Assembly: GCA_965267575.1 (NCBI GenBank)
Contig: OZ254086.1
Coordinates: forward strand, 2,720,001 to 2,784,000
Length of the DNA: 64,000 nucleotides
Direction of reading: 5' to 3'
Origin: Calditrichales bacterium
GTDB lineage: Bacteria > Calditrichota > Calditrichia > Calditrichales > J004
The notes beneath the pieces are model-generated. The model made no database searches. It had not been told where the DNA came from and was given only the letters and a program-made list of their open reading frames with translations. The position numbers and the translations under genes are program-made. Shown in pieces: positions 24,401-32,790 of the stretch (position 1 is the first letter of the stretch; each line of letters begins with the position of its first letter).

Positions 24401-26285
24401 TTTTGCCCGTCAAAAAGAAATCAACGAGCAATCCGCAGCTCTTTATGAGAATGCTGTCAACCAGTATAAAGAAGTGATTAACAGGATTCCTACCATTGCC
24501 GATAAGCTTGGCGTGGATATGAGTGCCCCGGCGGACAGCGTCGTTAAGGAACCGGCGCTGCAGACACTTGCCGCCGATACAACTTTGGCTGAGGCCGAAC
24601 GCGAAGTGGAGCCGGATTCCACGAGACAGATGGCATTCAAGTTTTATGAAAAGGCAAAAGATAAAGTATCCGAATTGCTGTATGCCGAAGCTTCACTAAC
24701 GTCTGAAAACGTTTATAGCGCCATCAATATACAGGCGCCTTCATCGGATCCACTGAATCAGATTCTTTACAAGAGCCTTGTTTATCAGCAGGTTGTTACG
24801 CCGGCTGTCAGCAATTCAATCGAGGCGCATTTACGAAATATAAATGAAGCGGACGAGATGGGTTTGTCAAACAAATACGTCGCCGAGTCCAAACGACAGA
24901 TACTGCTTACATCCAATATTCTTGCGGAAGAATACAAAGAGCTCGCCGTTTCCGCCTTGGATGAATACGACCGTCTCATCGAGGAGTATAAACGCCTGGT
25001 AGAATTGGAGTTTGGAACAACCAATGACAAAGGCCTGGACTATTATGGCGTAGCGACCAGTGCTGCCCAGATGCTTGATGAAAACTATGCGCTTTCCAAT
25101 AATGCTCTTAATGCATACGCCAATACTTTAACTCTTGCCCAGGAAAATGGGATAGAGAATGATCTCGTGCGCAGCACAGAAGATAAAATGCTAAGATTTG
25201 GGGTCGAAACAGCTGAGAGGATGCAAAAGTACAGTAAGCAGGCCAACGACTTGTCTGCTTTGTACGCTACCAAATTTGACACTACCGAGAACTACAACTA
25301 CGATGATGCCCGTGTTGAAATGGAAACATTCTATTACACCCTGGGCGATAACCGGCTTTTCCTTTTGGAGAATGCGTTCGCTTTAAAGCAGAAATTTGAA
25401 ATCAAGGGAGCCTGGGCCAATGCTCTCCTGTTAAAACTACTTGAAATGGACCCCGTGCGTTACTCTGAAAGTATTGACAAAGAGCGCGTTGAAGTATTCT
25501 CTGATCAAAGTTGGCTTTACTCCCTAAGGGATTTTGCATCGGAGTGGATTGAAACGGGTTTTGATGATTCCGGTTGGCAAAATGCAGATATCGTTTTCAG
25601 CGCCATAAACCAGTTTGAGCCTTACGACGTAAGCCCGGACGCTATTTGGACAAAATCGGTAACGCAGCCTGAGGCCACAGATACTCTTGGTGGGGCTGAC
25701 ACCCTATCTCCAACAGGTCAATCATTAGCGGATACGTCATTCGCCGGTCTGAACGATACCATACCGGGTGATACCTTATTAGCAAATGCGCCGGTTGACA
25801 CGATTGGTGCAACACAACCTGGGCAGATACTGACCACTGATGCAGCTGCGACGGGTTTTGCCGCAGATACACTTGTTTTCTTCAGAAAGAACATTACCTT
25901 TGAGGGCAAAGTTGTTGGTGGTAATATCTATCTTACGGCTGATGATGACTTCAGAATGTATATCAATGGCGAGTATATAGTTGATGATCAGGCCAATGAT
26001 TTCATGGTTGTTGATACGGTAGATTTCTATACGATCGATCGATTCCTGAAACAGGGCAAAAATATTATCGCGATCGACGTGATGGATAGGGATTTGACCG
26101 GATCCGGATTGAAATTTTATGGTTATTTTGAGGTGATTCCTTCAGATATCACAGCCGCTGCCGAACAAGAATTAGCAGAGCAAAGAGTAACCATCCAACC
26201 GCAGCAACTGCGACGGATTAACATACTTTCTAAAAACAGAATTCCACTAAACAAGCAAGCGGGAAGTAACGAGAATGAAGAATAA
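21414..26285 (+). CDS. Very large exported TPR protein (GltD/AgmU-like) with C-terminal jelly-roll (galactose-binding-like) domain
   Basis: Signal peptide; many TPRs (YP.S..A..ALY; EALYKLGWSYY); C-terminal FDDSGW..FFRK..TADDDFRMYING..LKQGKNIIAI. Confidence 0.75.
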   Translation: MKTLLKNSRHMFKTLFSVFILTLIFQPLVAQEAAKNDSIFEKISIDDLIKIKEYYDNRVDRLVSEKERSLLEGKKLGESFLSDEAVKIENRDKIYIRIAEYYIEEAERDFSQAMERYEDKFDEYERQFELYQKGELAEEPTLPETPSTDYSKAISIYDRLLDEYPASEHADAALYSKAWLKDKTGAGPESRRLFQEVIDKYPDSPFAPESYIQLAEYYFRPREDKTDEDQTVLELRKAIQLYKKVLRYRDSRRYDEALYKLGWSYYKLASRDPAYYTDAITYFMAVADDIELARKLDPQGEISNPNVRDEAIEYIGISFTDESYTQNGVDKARRMLERLGDKEYGVEIMRAIGQTYEQIDENTKAIYAFRNLLDMYPYYREAPVIQDKISKAVFAAGDDQGAYRERAVLFEKYNPKSDWYARLEQSNIENKFQYLDLAYRKSEEALRANLYMDLERAETAEAANQPATQLWTGFGEECRTYLEVFPSDSNAYDIHWSYAIMLDQKLGRFEEAFEEYLTVSNDYLMKEHQHQAALYAVGVADTIVKIKYGSDDDSVTFSLADIAQLSPEALTPEETNLIQAYDNYIRLFPDGQYTPNFLASAGSIYYNHKKFAEAKVYFQTLVRRFPGAEEKSLAMRSIMDSYFALGKFKDSEIIAKRILSDENLPPEQREFASRRLAEAIFKNAEFLAEQGDFLASANEYLRLYEEVPENKQYVEPALWNAGLNFQKARDWVRSNEVFNILASEYPESEFSFDALNMMVENYKELEQFDNAARISERVYLKYPDSEDAEAKLYNASYFFQKASEWQEAIRVNNVYIANYPQENYAVDLFFKNADLYLKMDNLEEANRIYEEFAQRYPEDDRVVTAFYERGNYYLKNGLKEQAKQEYNKAISKSEEFRSEGKEYNPYIAGEAVHKLADILHEEYVAIELKQPQSNIERNTARMRSLLDELNQAYTRVLAFGSPRSFEATYNIARSYEEFADTYAGQEIDPSLDANKRFARQKEINEQSAALYENAVNQYKEVINRIPTIADKLGVDMSAPADSVVKEPALQTLAADTTLAEAEREVEPDSTRQMAFKFYEKAKDKVSELLYAEASLTSENVYSAINIQAPSSDPLNQILYKSLVYQQVVTPAVSNSIEAHLRNINEADEMGLSNKYVAESKRQILLTSNILAEEYKELAVSALDEYDRLIEEYKRLVELEFGTTNDKGLDYYGVATSAAQMLDENYALSNNALNAYANTLTLAQENGIENDLVRSTEDKMLRFGVETAERMQKYSKQANDLSALYATKFDTTENYNYDDARVEMETFYYTLGDNRLFLLENAFALKQKFEIKGAWANALLLKLLEMDPVRYSESIDKERVEVFSDQSWLYSLRDFASEWIETGFDDSGWQNADIVFSAINQFEPYDVSPDAIWTKSVTQPEATDTLGGADTLSPTGQSLADTSFAGLNDTIPGDTLLANAPVDTIGATQPGQILTTDAAATGFAADTLVFFRKNITFEGKVVGGNIYLTADDDFRMYINGEYIVDDQANDFMVVDTVDFYTIDRFLKQGKNIIAIDVMDRDLTGSGLKFYGYFEVIPSDITAAAEQELAEQRVTIQPQQLRRINILSKNRIPLNKQAGSNENEE

Positions 26286-26619
26286 TCTATTGGCTTTTGC
26301 CATCATCCTTCTCTTTGGTTTTTCCTTTAGCTGGGGCCAGGAAGCCGATACGGTGGCTGCTCAACAACAGCAACAACCGGCCGCTACCGGCGATGAAATT
26401 ATCGAAGCCGGAGAAGCCGTAATACAGGTGACAGTGGAAAAACCGCAGGTTCAGCTATTCAGCCAGCGCATTAAACCGGAATTCGACGAGGTGAACCTGG
26501 AAAAATCCTTCATGGGTGAAATTTTGAACCGCGGGGGCTCTTCGAAACTTGACATAAAAGCAACTGAAGCCAAAGCAAAAAAGATAGAAACACAACAACT
26601 ATTAAACAGACAAAGATAA
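26275..26619 (+). CDS. Small exported protein, GltF/CglF-like
   Basis: Signal peptide; IQVTVEKPQVQLFSQR..LEKSFMGEIL resembles the GltF-type motif; position just before the motA-like gene. Confidence 0.55.
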   Translation: MKNNLLAFAIILLFGFSFSWGQEADTVAAQQQQQPAATGDEIIEAGEAVIQVTVEKPQVQLFSQRIKPEFDEVNLEKSFMGEILNRGGSSKLDIKATEAKAKKIETQQLLNRQR

Positions 26620-26650
26620 CTTTATAAACTATTTTTAGGAGGAACGTTTC

Positions 26651-27310
26651 ATGGTATTTCTTGACCAATTCGGCCAATCATTCGGTTGGGGTGAGACAGG
26701 TTCGTTCTTTATGTATTTTATTGCCTTGTTCGCGGCTGTCGCGGCGGCAATTGCAATTGAACGGGTTTATTACATTGTTGTACGCTCTAACGTAAATGCC
26801 GATAAGTTTATGGCAGAAATCCGCAAGCTTGTAGCCGGCGGCAATATGGAAAGAGCTATTGAATTATGCGAAAAAGGAAAACAAAAAGCACTTCCTTTCG
26901 TGGTTTTGCGCGGTCTTAAACGCGCCAATGAAAGCGAAACACTTGATTTTCGCGCAATTCAGAACGCCGTTGACGAAGGCACGCTGGAAGTAATCCCGAA
27001 ACTGCGTGAGCGCACCAGCTATTTGTCGATGCTCGCCAACGTCGCAACTCTTACCGGTCTTATGGGAACGATATACGGTCTTATCCTTTCCTTTGCATCG
27101 GTTGGTACACCCGGTATTCCTGAGTCCGAAAAGTCACGACTGCTGGCCCAGGGTATCTCTACGGCAATGAATACGACTATTTTCGGACTAATGGTGGCGA
27201 TCCCTACGTTGGTTGTTTATACATTCATCTCCAATAAGACCTCCAAGATTATTGACGAAATGGATGAGCACCTGGTCAAGCTTATTAACCTGATCACAGG
27301 CAACCGTTAA
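26651..27310 (+). CDS. MotA/TolQ/ExbB proton channel protein (AglR-like)
   Basis: TLTGLMGTIYGL and GISTAMNTTIFGLMVAIP TM motifs; SD AGGAGG. Confidence 0.92.
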   Translation: MVFLDQFGQSFGWGETGSFFMYFIALFAAVAAAIAIERVYYIVVRSNVNADKFMAEIRKLVAGGNMERAIELCEKGKQKALPFVVLRGLKRANESETLDFRAIQNAVDEGTLEVIPKLRERTSYLSMLANVATLTGLMGTIYGLILSFASVGTPGIPESEKSRLLAQGISTAMNTTIFGLMVAIPTLVVYTFISNKTSKIIDEMDEHLVKLINLITGNR

Positions 27311-27352
27311 TCTGTACGGCTATAAAACCTGAATTAAATTTAGAGGTAACGT

Positions 27353-27904
27353 ATGGCATTTAAACCATCAATGAGAAGCAAGTCCGAAGATTTGGACATG
27401 GATTTGGATATTCGTCCGGTGATGAATCTGATGGTTGTTTTGATCCCCCTTCTGCTTCAGGGTGCCGAATGGGTTAAGCTTGGCGCTATAGAGATAAACG
27501 TCCCTCCCACAAAATCCGTTGGCTCCGGAGCTGAAGAGCAGGAGCAGGACCAGAAAGAGGAAGATAAAAGACTTGGTTTGAAAATCGCGATTGTACAAAA
27601 CGGAATCACAATTGCCAATGCATCTGCACTTTTAGGAGGCGAAACAGGGGAAGGACCCACTGTTCCGAATAAGGGTGACGGTGAATACGATTACGATCTG
27701 CTTAAGGAAAAGCTAGTCGAAATCAAGAAAAAGATTGCCGGCAAAGGCTACCGTGATGAAAATCGCGCTGTTATTACAGCTTCGCGTGAAGTGGAATATC
27801 AGATTCTTGTTGACGTAATAGACAATATTCAAACCTATCAAAATGAAGAAGGGCAAGAACTGCCGCTATTTCCGGAAATAAATTTCGGAAGTATTGTACA
27901 ATAG
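27353..27904 (+). CDS. ExbD/TolR family protein (AglQ-like; TM Asp replaced by Asn25)
   Basis: LDIRPVMNLMVVLIPLLL TM; C-terminal ExbD fold ending LFPEI. Confidence 0.85.
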   Translation: MAFKPSMRSKSEDLDMDLDIRPVMNLMVVLIPLLLQGAEWVKLGAIEINVPPTKSVGSGAEEQEQDQKEEDKRLGLKIAIVQNGITIANASALLGGETGEGPTVPNKGDGEYDYDLLKEKLVEIKKKIAGKGYRDENRAVITASREVEYQILVDVIDNIQTYQNEEGQELPLFPEINFGSIVQ

Positions 27905-27922
27905 AAAAAGTACGGAGAGGAA

Positions 27923-28408
27923 ATGGCATTTCAACCGTCCCGGGCAAAGAAACACCCCACAGACGAAAAGGGTCAGCTGAATATGAACTCGATGATGGAC
28001 ATGATGACCATCATCCTGTTGTTCCTGCTGAAATCTTTTTCAACGGAAGGTGCTCTTGTTACACCGTCCGAGCAGCTAAAGCTGCCAAATTCTTTTCTGG
28101 GTGAGAAACCTAAGAAAGAATTAAACGTGTCAGTAACAAAAGAAGAAATTCTTATCAATAATAACCGCCTGATGCTCTTACAGGATGTTGACGATGACAA
28201 TGTTCTTATACAACCGCTGTTCAATGCTCTGGCCGATGTTGCTCAGAGAGAAAAGCAACTGGAGGTGCAACATGGCAAGGAGTTTTCGCACACCGTAATC
28301 ATTCAGGGTGATCAGGGCATACCTTTTGAGTTGTTATATAAGGTAATGTACACCTGCAGTAAGTCTGAGTTTTATAAGATGCGGTTATTGACGATAAAGA
28401 AAAGTTAA
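27923..28408 (+). CDS. ExbD/TolR family protein (AglS-like)
   Basis: LNMNSMMDMMTIILLFLLKSFS (Asp26 retained); IIQGD..IPF..LYKVMYTC. Confidence 0.88.
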   Translation: MAFQPSRAKKHPTDEKGQLNMNSMMDMMTIILLFLLKSFSTEGALVTPSEQLKLPNSFLGEKPKKELNVSVTKEEILINNNRLMLLQDVDDDNVLIQPLFNALADVAQREKQLEVQHGKEFSHTVIIQGDQGIPFELLYKVMYTCSKSEFYKMRLLTIKKS

Positions 28409-28433
28409 ACTTTATTTTTCATAAGGCCAATAC

Positions 28434-29534
28434 ATGAAAATGATAAATTCCAAAGCCAATGCACAGACAGCCAAGCGGGCCGCTGGGGCAGGCGGATATC
28501 GTATTGTCGCCTTTCCCAAAGAGTTCGAACGAGGGCTCTTCGGGGCGATCGACGTAAGATATTATGGAATCCTGCTGGCATCGTTGGTTGTTATATTCAC
28601 TACGATTTCCATTCTGGCAAATTTGGAATACTCAGAAGAAGATCTGCAGAGTGCATTGACCCAACGCTATATTCAGGAGTTTTACGCGGGGTTTGAAGAG
28701 CCTGTCGTTGAAGAAACAACTGATGAAGCCCTTGTTGTAGAGGAAGAAGGCGCCGGCCAGCAAGAAGAAGAAGTGGACGAGCGTGCCCAGCGCGACGAGG
28801 GTCGACGCACGGAAGCTACCGGAACGTCTGCGGCGGAAAGCCGCGAACGCGCCCGTCGTGAGGCTGCACGTCGAGCCTCGCAACGCAGCCGGATGCAGCA
28901 ACAGGTCGCCGGAACAGGCATCCTTGGTGAGCTTTCGGCTGGTGGTGGCGGAGGCTCAGGTGATGCCGTCTATGATGTGCTGGGAGAAAGTGGCTCCGGC
29001 GCTATGGGCGATCTGGATAATGTACTGAGTAACGTGGGTGGTCTGCAGTCCGCATCATCGGCCAACAGACGCTCTTCTCTTGGTGAGCGCCAGGGAAGCG
29101 GCGGACGTTCCTCCGGAGCGGGTATAGATGACCTTATAAGTACAGGTGCAGGCGCAGGTACATCCGTTTCAATAAACCGTAGTGCAGATTTTGCCATAAA
29201 AGGTGTTGAAGGAAGTGTTGCGGGTAAAGGAACAAAATCTTCCAGCCGCTCACAGGATGCCATCGCACGTGTAGTTGTAGAGCACGCAGACGCAATCGAG
29301 AACTGCTACAAGAAAGAATCCCGTCTCAATCCCAACCTTAAGGGTAGTGTAACCGCGCAGTTTGTCATCGATCCCTCCGGACGCGTTACCAACGTGGACA
29401 TTGTAGATTCGTCCTTGCGAAACAGGCAGGTTGAAAACTGTATCAGCCGCCGCATTCGCAGCTGGCGTTTTGACAGAATAGACCAATCTGACGGTGATGT
29501 TACTGCCCGTTACAAATGGATATTCAGTCCCTGA
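28434..29534 (+). CDS. TonB/TolA-like energy transducer with AgmX/PglI C-terminal domain (GltG-like)
   Basis: Single TM, acidic and Gly-rich linker, C-terminal IENCY....LNPNLKG.V...F.I.PSG.V...VENCI...IRSWRF. Confidence 0.85.
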   Translation: MKMINSKANAQTAKRAAGAGGYRIVAFPKEFERGLFGAIDVRYYGILLASLVVIFTTISILANLEYSEEDLQSALTQRYIQEFYAGFEEPVVEETTDEALVVEEEGAGQQEEEVDERAQRDEGRRTEATGTSAAESRERARREAARRASQRSRMQQQVAGTGILGELSAGGGGGSGDAVYDVLGESGSGAMGDLDNVLSNVGGLQSASSANRRSSLGERQGSGGRSSGAGIDDLISTGAGAGTSVSINRSADFAIKGVEGSVAGKGTKSSSRSQDAIARVVVEHADAIENCYKKESRLNPNLKGSVTAQFVIDPSGRVTNVDIVDSSLRNRQVENCISRRIRSWRFDRIDQSDGDVTARYKWIFSP

Positions 29535-29550
29535 TTTTGATTTGAATCTG

Positions 29551-29578
29551 AAGGCCACTTTTTAAAGTGGCCTTTTTT
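29551..29578 (+). terminator. Intrinsic terminator of the motor operon
   Basis: AAGGCCACTT-ttta-AAGTGGCCTT plus TTTT. Confidence 0.85.
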
Positions 29579-29583
29579 ATTAT

Positions 29584-29612
29584 TTGAAGGGTTTATCTAT
29601 AATTTTTATATT
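29584..29612 (+). promoter_or_regulatory. Sigma70-type promoter of aspS
   Basis: TTGAAG-N17-TATATT. Confidence 0.55.
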
Positions 29613-29652
29613 CCCGCCTATTTTTAGCACGGTTATAAAGGAGAAGTTATTA

Positions 29653-31407
29653 ATGCTCAGAACGCATACATGCGGTGAATTAAGCCTGGGAAACAGTAAG
29701 GAAACTGTTCGATTGTGTGGTTGGGTTGCCAGGCGCCGCGACCACGGAGGTGTTATTTTTATTGACTTACGAGATCAATACGGCGTTACACAGGTTGTGT
29801 TTGATCCGGCAAAAAACGTTGAATCGTATGAAGTTGCAAAATCACTGCGAACGGAATTTGTAATTCAGATTGAGGGCTTGGTTCATCCCAGACCGGAAGA
29901 ATCGCAGAACGAAGGATTGACGACGGGTTCGATAGAGGTACTTGCCGGAGAACTACACATTTTAAATAAATCCAAGACACCACCTTTTGAAATTGATGAT
30001 ATTATAAATGTCAGCGAGGAAAACCGCCTCCGGTATCGTTATCTTGACCTGAGAAGGAATCGTCTTCACAACAATATCCGCCTGAGAAGCAAAGCCACGT
30101 TTTTAATTCGTGACTTTCTTAATCGTCAGGAATTCACTGAAATAGAAACGCCCATATTAATGAAATCCACACCGGAAGGCGCACGCGATTTTCTCGTACC
30201 AAGCCGAAATTTCCCGGGTAAATTTTATGCCTTGCCACAGTCGCCGCAAACCTACAAGCAATTGCTTATGGTAGCCGGATTTGACCGTTATTTTCAGATT
30301 GTTAAATGCTTTCGCGATGAGGATTTTCGAAAAGACCGTCAACCGGAGTTTACGCAGCTTGATATGGAGATGTCTTTTATTGATGAAGAGGATATTTTTC
30401 AGGTTGCCGAGGGCCTGGTTCGCCATATTTTTAGCGAGCTTTTGGATGTACGCTTACCGGAAGCGTTTCCACGAATGACATACCGCGAGGCATTTGAAAC
30501 GTACGGAAGCGATAAACCTGATTTAAGATATGGTCTAAAGATCAGCAATTTGAATGACGTTTTTGAGGAAACCGGCTTTAACGCATTTAAGGGTGTACTC
30601 GAAAAGGGTGGCCGAATAGCCGGGCTTAAACTAAGTTCCGCAGAGCAGTATACCCGCAAAAAAGTGGATGAGCTGATTGAATTTGCTCAAAGCAACGGAG
30701 CTAAAGGACTGGCCTTTTTCAGGTTTATTAACGGCGAGATATCTACTGGTGTGGCTAAGTTTTTTAGTGAAAAGGAAAAAGAAGGACTCCGTGAACGCTT
30801 CGATCTCAAGGAAAATGATCTCTGTTTCTTAATAGCCGATGAATATGAAGCAACTTATTCGCTGCTTGGTCTCGTACGAAACCGTCTCGCCGAGCAGATG
30901 AATCTAATAAATGAAAAAGCTTTTGAAATACTATGGGTGACCGATTTTCCCCTTTTGGAATACGACAGTGAGGAAGGCCGTTACGTAGCACGACACCATC
31001 CTTTTACGAGTCCAAGAAAAGAAGATCTATCCAAGCTTGAAAATGCGCCCAAGGATGTAAAGGCGCGGGCTTATGATCTCGTTTTAAATGGCAGTGAAAT
31101 TGCCGGCGGTAGCATCAGGATTCATGATGCCGTTATACAGCGCAAAATGTTTAAGGCCCTGGGCATAAGTCAGGAAGAAGCTCAGGAGAAATTTGGCTTT
31201 TTAATGGACGCTTTTGAGTTCGGTGCGCCACCGCATGGAGGAATTGCGTTTGGAATTGACAGGCTTATGATGATCATATCCGGATCAAATTCGATCCGTG
31301 ATGTGATGGCTTTCCCAAAAACGAGTTCAGGATTGTCGCTGATGGATAATTCTCCGTCAGAGGTAGATGACAAGCAGCTAAAAGAATTGCGAATAAAAAT
31401 ATACTGA
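29653..31407 (+). CDS. aspS: Aspartate--tRNA ligase
   Basis: MLRTHTCGEL start after GGAG, RRRDHGGVIFIDLRD, LPQSPQ, CFRDED, GAPPHGG; GAD insertion. Confidence 0.98.
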   Translation: MLRTHTCGELSLGNSKETVRLCGWVARRRDHGGVIFIDLRDQYGVTQVVFDPAKNVESYEVAKSLRTEFVIQIEGLVHPRPEESQNEGLTTGSIEVLAGELHILNKSKTPPFEIDDIINVSEENRLRYRYLDLRRNRLHNNIRLRSKATFLIRDFLNRQEFTEIETPILMKSTPEGARDFLVPSRNFPGKFYALPQSPQTYKQLLMVAGFDRYFQIVKCFRDEDFRKDRQPEFTQLDMEMSFIDEEDIFQVAEGLVRHIFSELLDVRLPEAFPRMTYREAFETYGSDKPDLRYGLKISNLNDVFEETGFNAFKGVLEKGGRIAGLKLSSAEQYTRKKVDELIEFAQSNGAKGLAFFRFINGEISTGVAKFFSEKEKEGLRERFDLKENDLCFLIADEYEATYSLLGLVRNRLAEQMNLINEKAFEILWVTDFPLLEYDSEEGRYVARHHPFTSPRKEDLSKLENAPKDVKARAYDLVLNGSEIAGGSIRIHDAVIQRKMFKALGISQEEAQEKFGFLMDAFEFGAPPHGGIAFGIDRLMMIISGSNSIRDVMAFPKTSSGLSLMDNSPSEVDDKQLKELRIKIY

Positions 31408-31470
31408 GAAAATGTTACACAAAATGGCTTAAAAGCCGTCAAAATAAGTCTTTGCAGCGTTTTTATCTGC

Positions 31471-31499
31471 TTGACATAATTTAAGGAATTTAGTACTTT
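31471..31499 (+). promoter_or_regulatory. Sigma70-type promoter of the lipoprotein-LysM pair
   Basis: TTGACA-N17-TACTTT. Confidence 0.6.
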
Positions 31500-31539
31500 T
31501 TGTCTCAATAACTCAAAACACTTCCTAGGAGGCTCATTA

Positions 31540-31836
31540 ATGAAGATATTCAATCTTTCCTTGAGACGTGCAGTTCTCTCGCTTTTTATTATAATTGGCT
31601 TGAGTCTGACAAGCTGCGGCTGGAAACCCAGTGAAGAAGAAATCAATACACTGGAAGAAACACGCGCTGCGGCACTGGCTGCTGAAAAAACGCAGCAAGA
31701 GAAGAAAGCTGAAGCAGATGCTTTACAGCGCCAGGTGGATGCTAAAAAAGCTGAGCTTGAGCGTGTAAAGGCAGAAAAGGAAAAAGTGCGTAAAGCGCTG
31801 GCTGAGGAAGCTGAGGCTTCTGAGGATATGGAATAA
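31540..31836 (+). CDS. Small coiled-coil lipoprotein
   Basis: Lipobox LTSC, A/E/K-rich helix, SD AGGAGG. Confidence 0.75.
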   Translation: MKIFNLSLRRAVLSLFIIIGLSLTSCGWKPSEEEINTLEETRAAALAAEKTQQEKKAEADALQRQVDAKKAELERVKAEKEKVRKALAEEAEASEDME

Positions 31837-31879
31837 CGGGAAAGCAGATAACACTTTCAGAAAACAGGAGAACTCCACT

Positions 31880-32731
31880 ATGAAATCAATAAAGTTGATT
31901 ACGATACTGCTTTGCCTTGCAGCTTTTGGTACCAGTAGCCTTCTGGCGCAGACCTATTCTTATAATTATGAAGAAATGACGCAAGAGCAGTATATGGCCG
32001 AACTTGAAAAATGGCAGAACCGTCTGGCCACGGCAGAGCAGGGCATCGCTGATGAAGAAGCACGCATTGCAAGGCTTAAGCAAGAACTTGAAAGCCTGCA
32101 AGGTGAAATCGATCAGACATGGGATGAAATTTATGCCATGTGTGATTCTGATAAAGCCGGCAACGAAGCGTTCGTTGGAGAATTGAACGGACTCTTGAAT
32201 GATGTTCGTGCCTTCAACAACATGTCCGCTGAAGACATCTATGGAAGAATGGGAGAACTGGATGAGTTCCAGGCTCGTCTTGACGCCCTTAAGGAAAATA
32301 AACTTTCTGTTTTGAGTGCAAATGAGCAGCTTATCAACCAGATTCAGGGTTTGATCAATCAGGCTCGTGAAAAAGGAAAATCGGTTGTTCCGCCGAGCTA
32401 CACTGTAATGCGCGGTGACTATCTATGGAAAATCGCCGCCAAGCCTGATATTTACGGTGATGCTTATGCCTGGATGCGTATTTATTCCTCAAACTCCGAC
32501 CAGATAAAGGATCCGAATCTGATTTATCCTGACCAGGTGTTCAGCATTCCGCGTACGGTTGGTCCTAATGAGTACCTGGTTAAGCGCGGCGAAAATCTTT
32601 CGATGATTGCCGGATACAGCAATGTTTACGGAAGCGCCTTCCAGTGGAACAAACTGTATGAGGCCAATAAAACAATGATCTCTGATCCGAACATGATTTA
32701 TCCGCATCAGGTGCTGAAGATAGCTCGTTAA
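31880..32731 (+). CDS. Exported coiled-coil protein with two LysM peptidoglycan-binding domains
   Basis: Signal peptide; YTVMRGDYLWKIA..NLIYPDQ and YLVKRGENLSMIA..NMIYPHQ. Confidence 0.9.
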   Translation: MKSIKLITILLCLAAFGTSSLLAQTYSYNYEEMTQEQYMAELEKWQNRLATAEQGIADEEARIARLKQELESLQGEIDQTWDEIYAMCDSDKAGNEAFVGELNGLLNDVRAFNNMSAEDIYGRMGELDEFQARLDALKENKLSVLSANEQLINQIQGLINQAREKGKSVVPPSYTVMRGDYLWKIAAKPDIYGDAYAWMRIYSSNSDQIKDPNLIYPDQVFSIPRTVGPNEYLVKRGENLSMIAGYSNVYGSAFQWNKLYEANKTMISDPNMIYPHQVLKIAR

Positions 32732-32754
32732 TGTAATTTTGTCTTGAATTTATT

Positions 32755-32784
32755 GGAGCTCTCGCTTTGCGGGAGCTCCTTTTT
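32755..32784 (+). terminator. Intrinsic terminator
   Basis: GGAGCTCTCGC-ttt-GCGGGAGCTCC plus TTTTT. Confidence 0.85.
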
Positions 32785-32790
32785 ATTTAT

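Noticed and set aside
26651..29534. Ordinary TonB-ExbBD or Tol-Pal locus
   Set aside because: No TonB-dependent receptor, tolB or pal. Two dissimilar ExbD paralogs, an AgmX/PglI-type C-domain and giant TPR genes fit an Agl-Glt-like cluster better.
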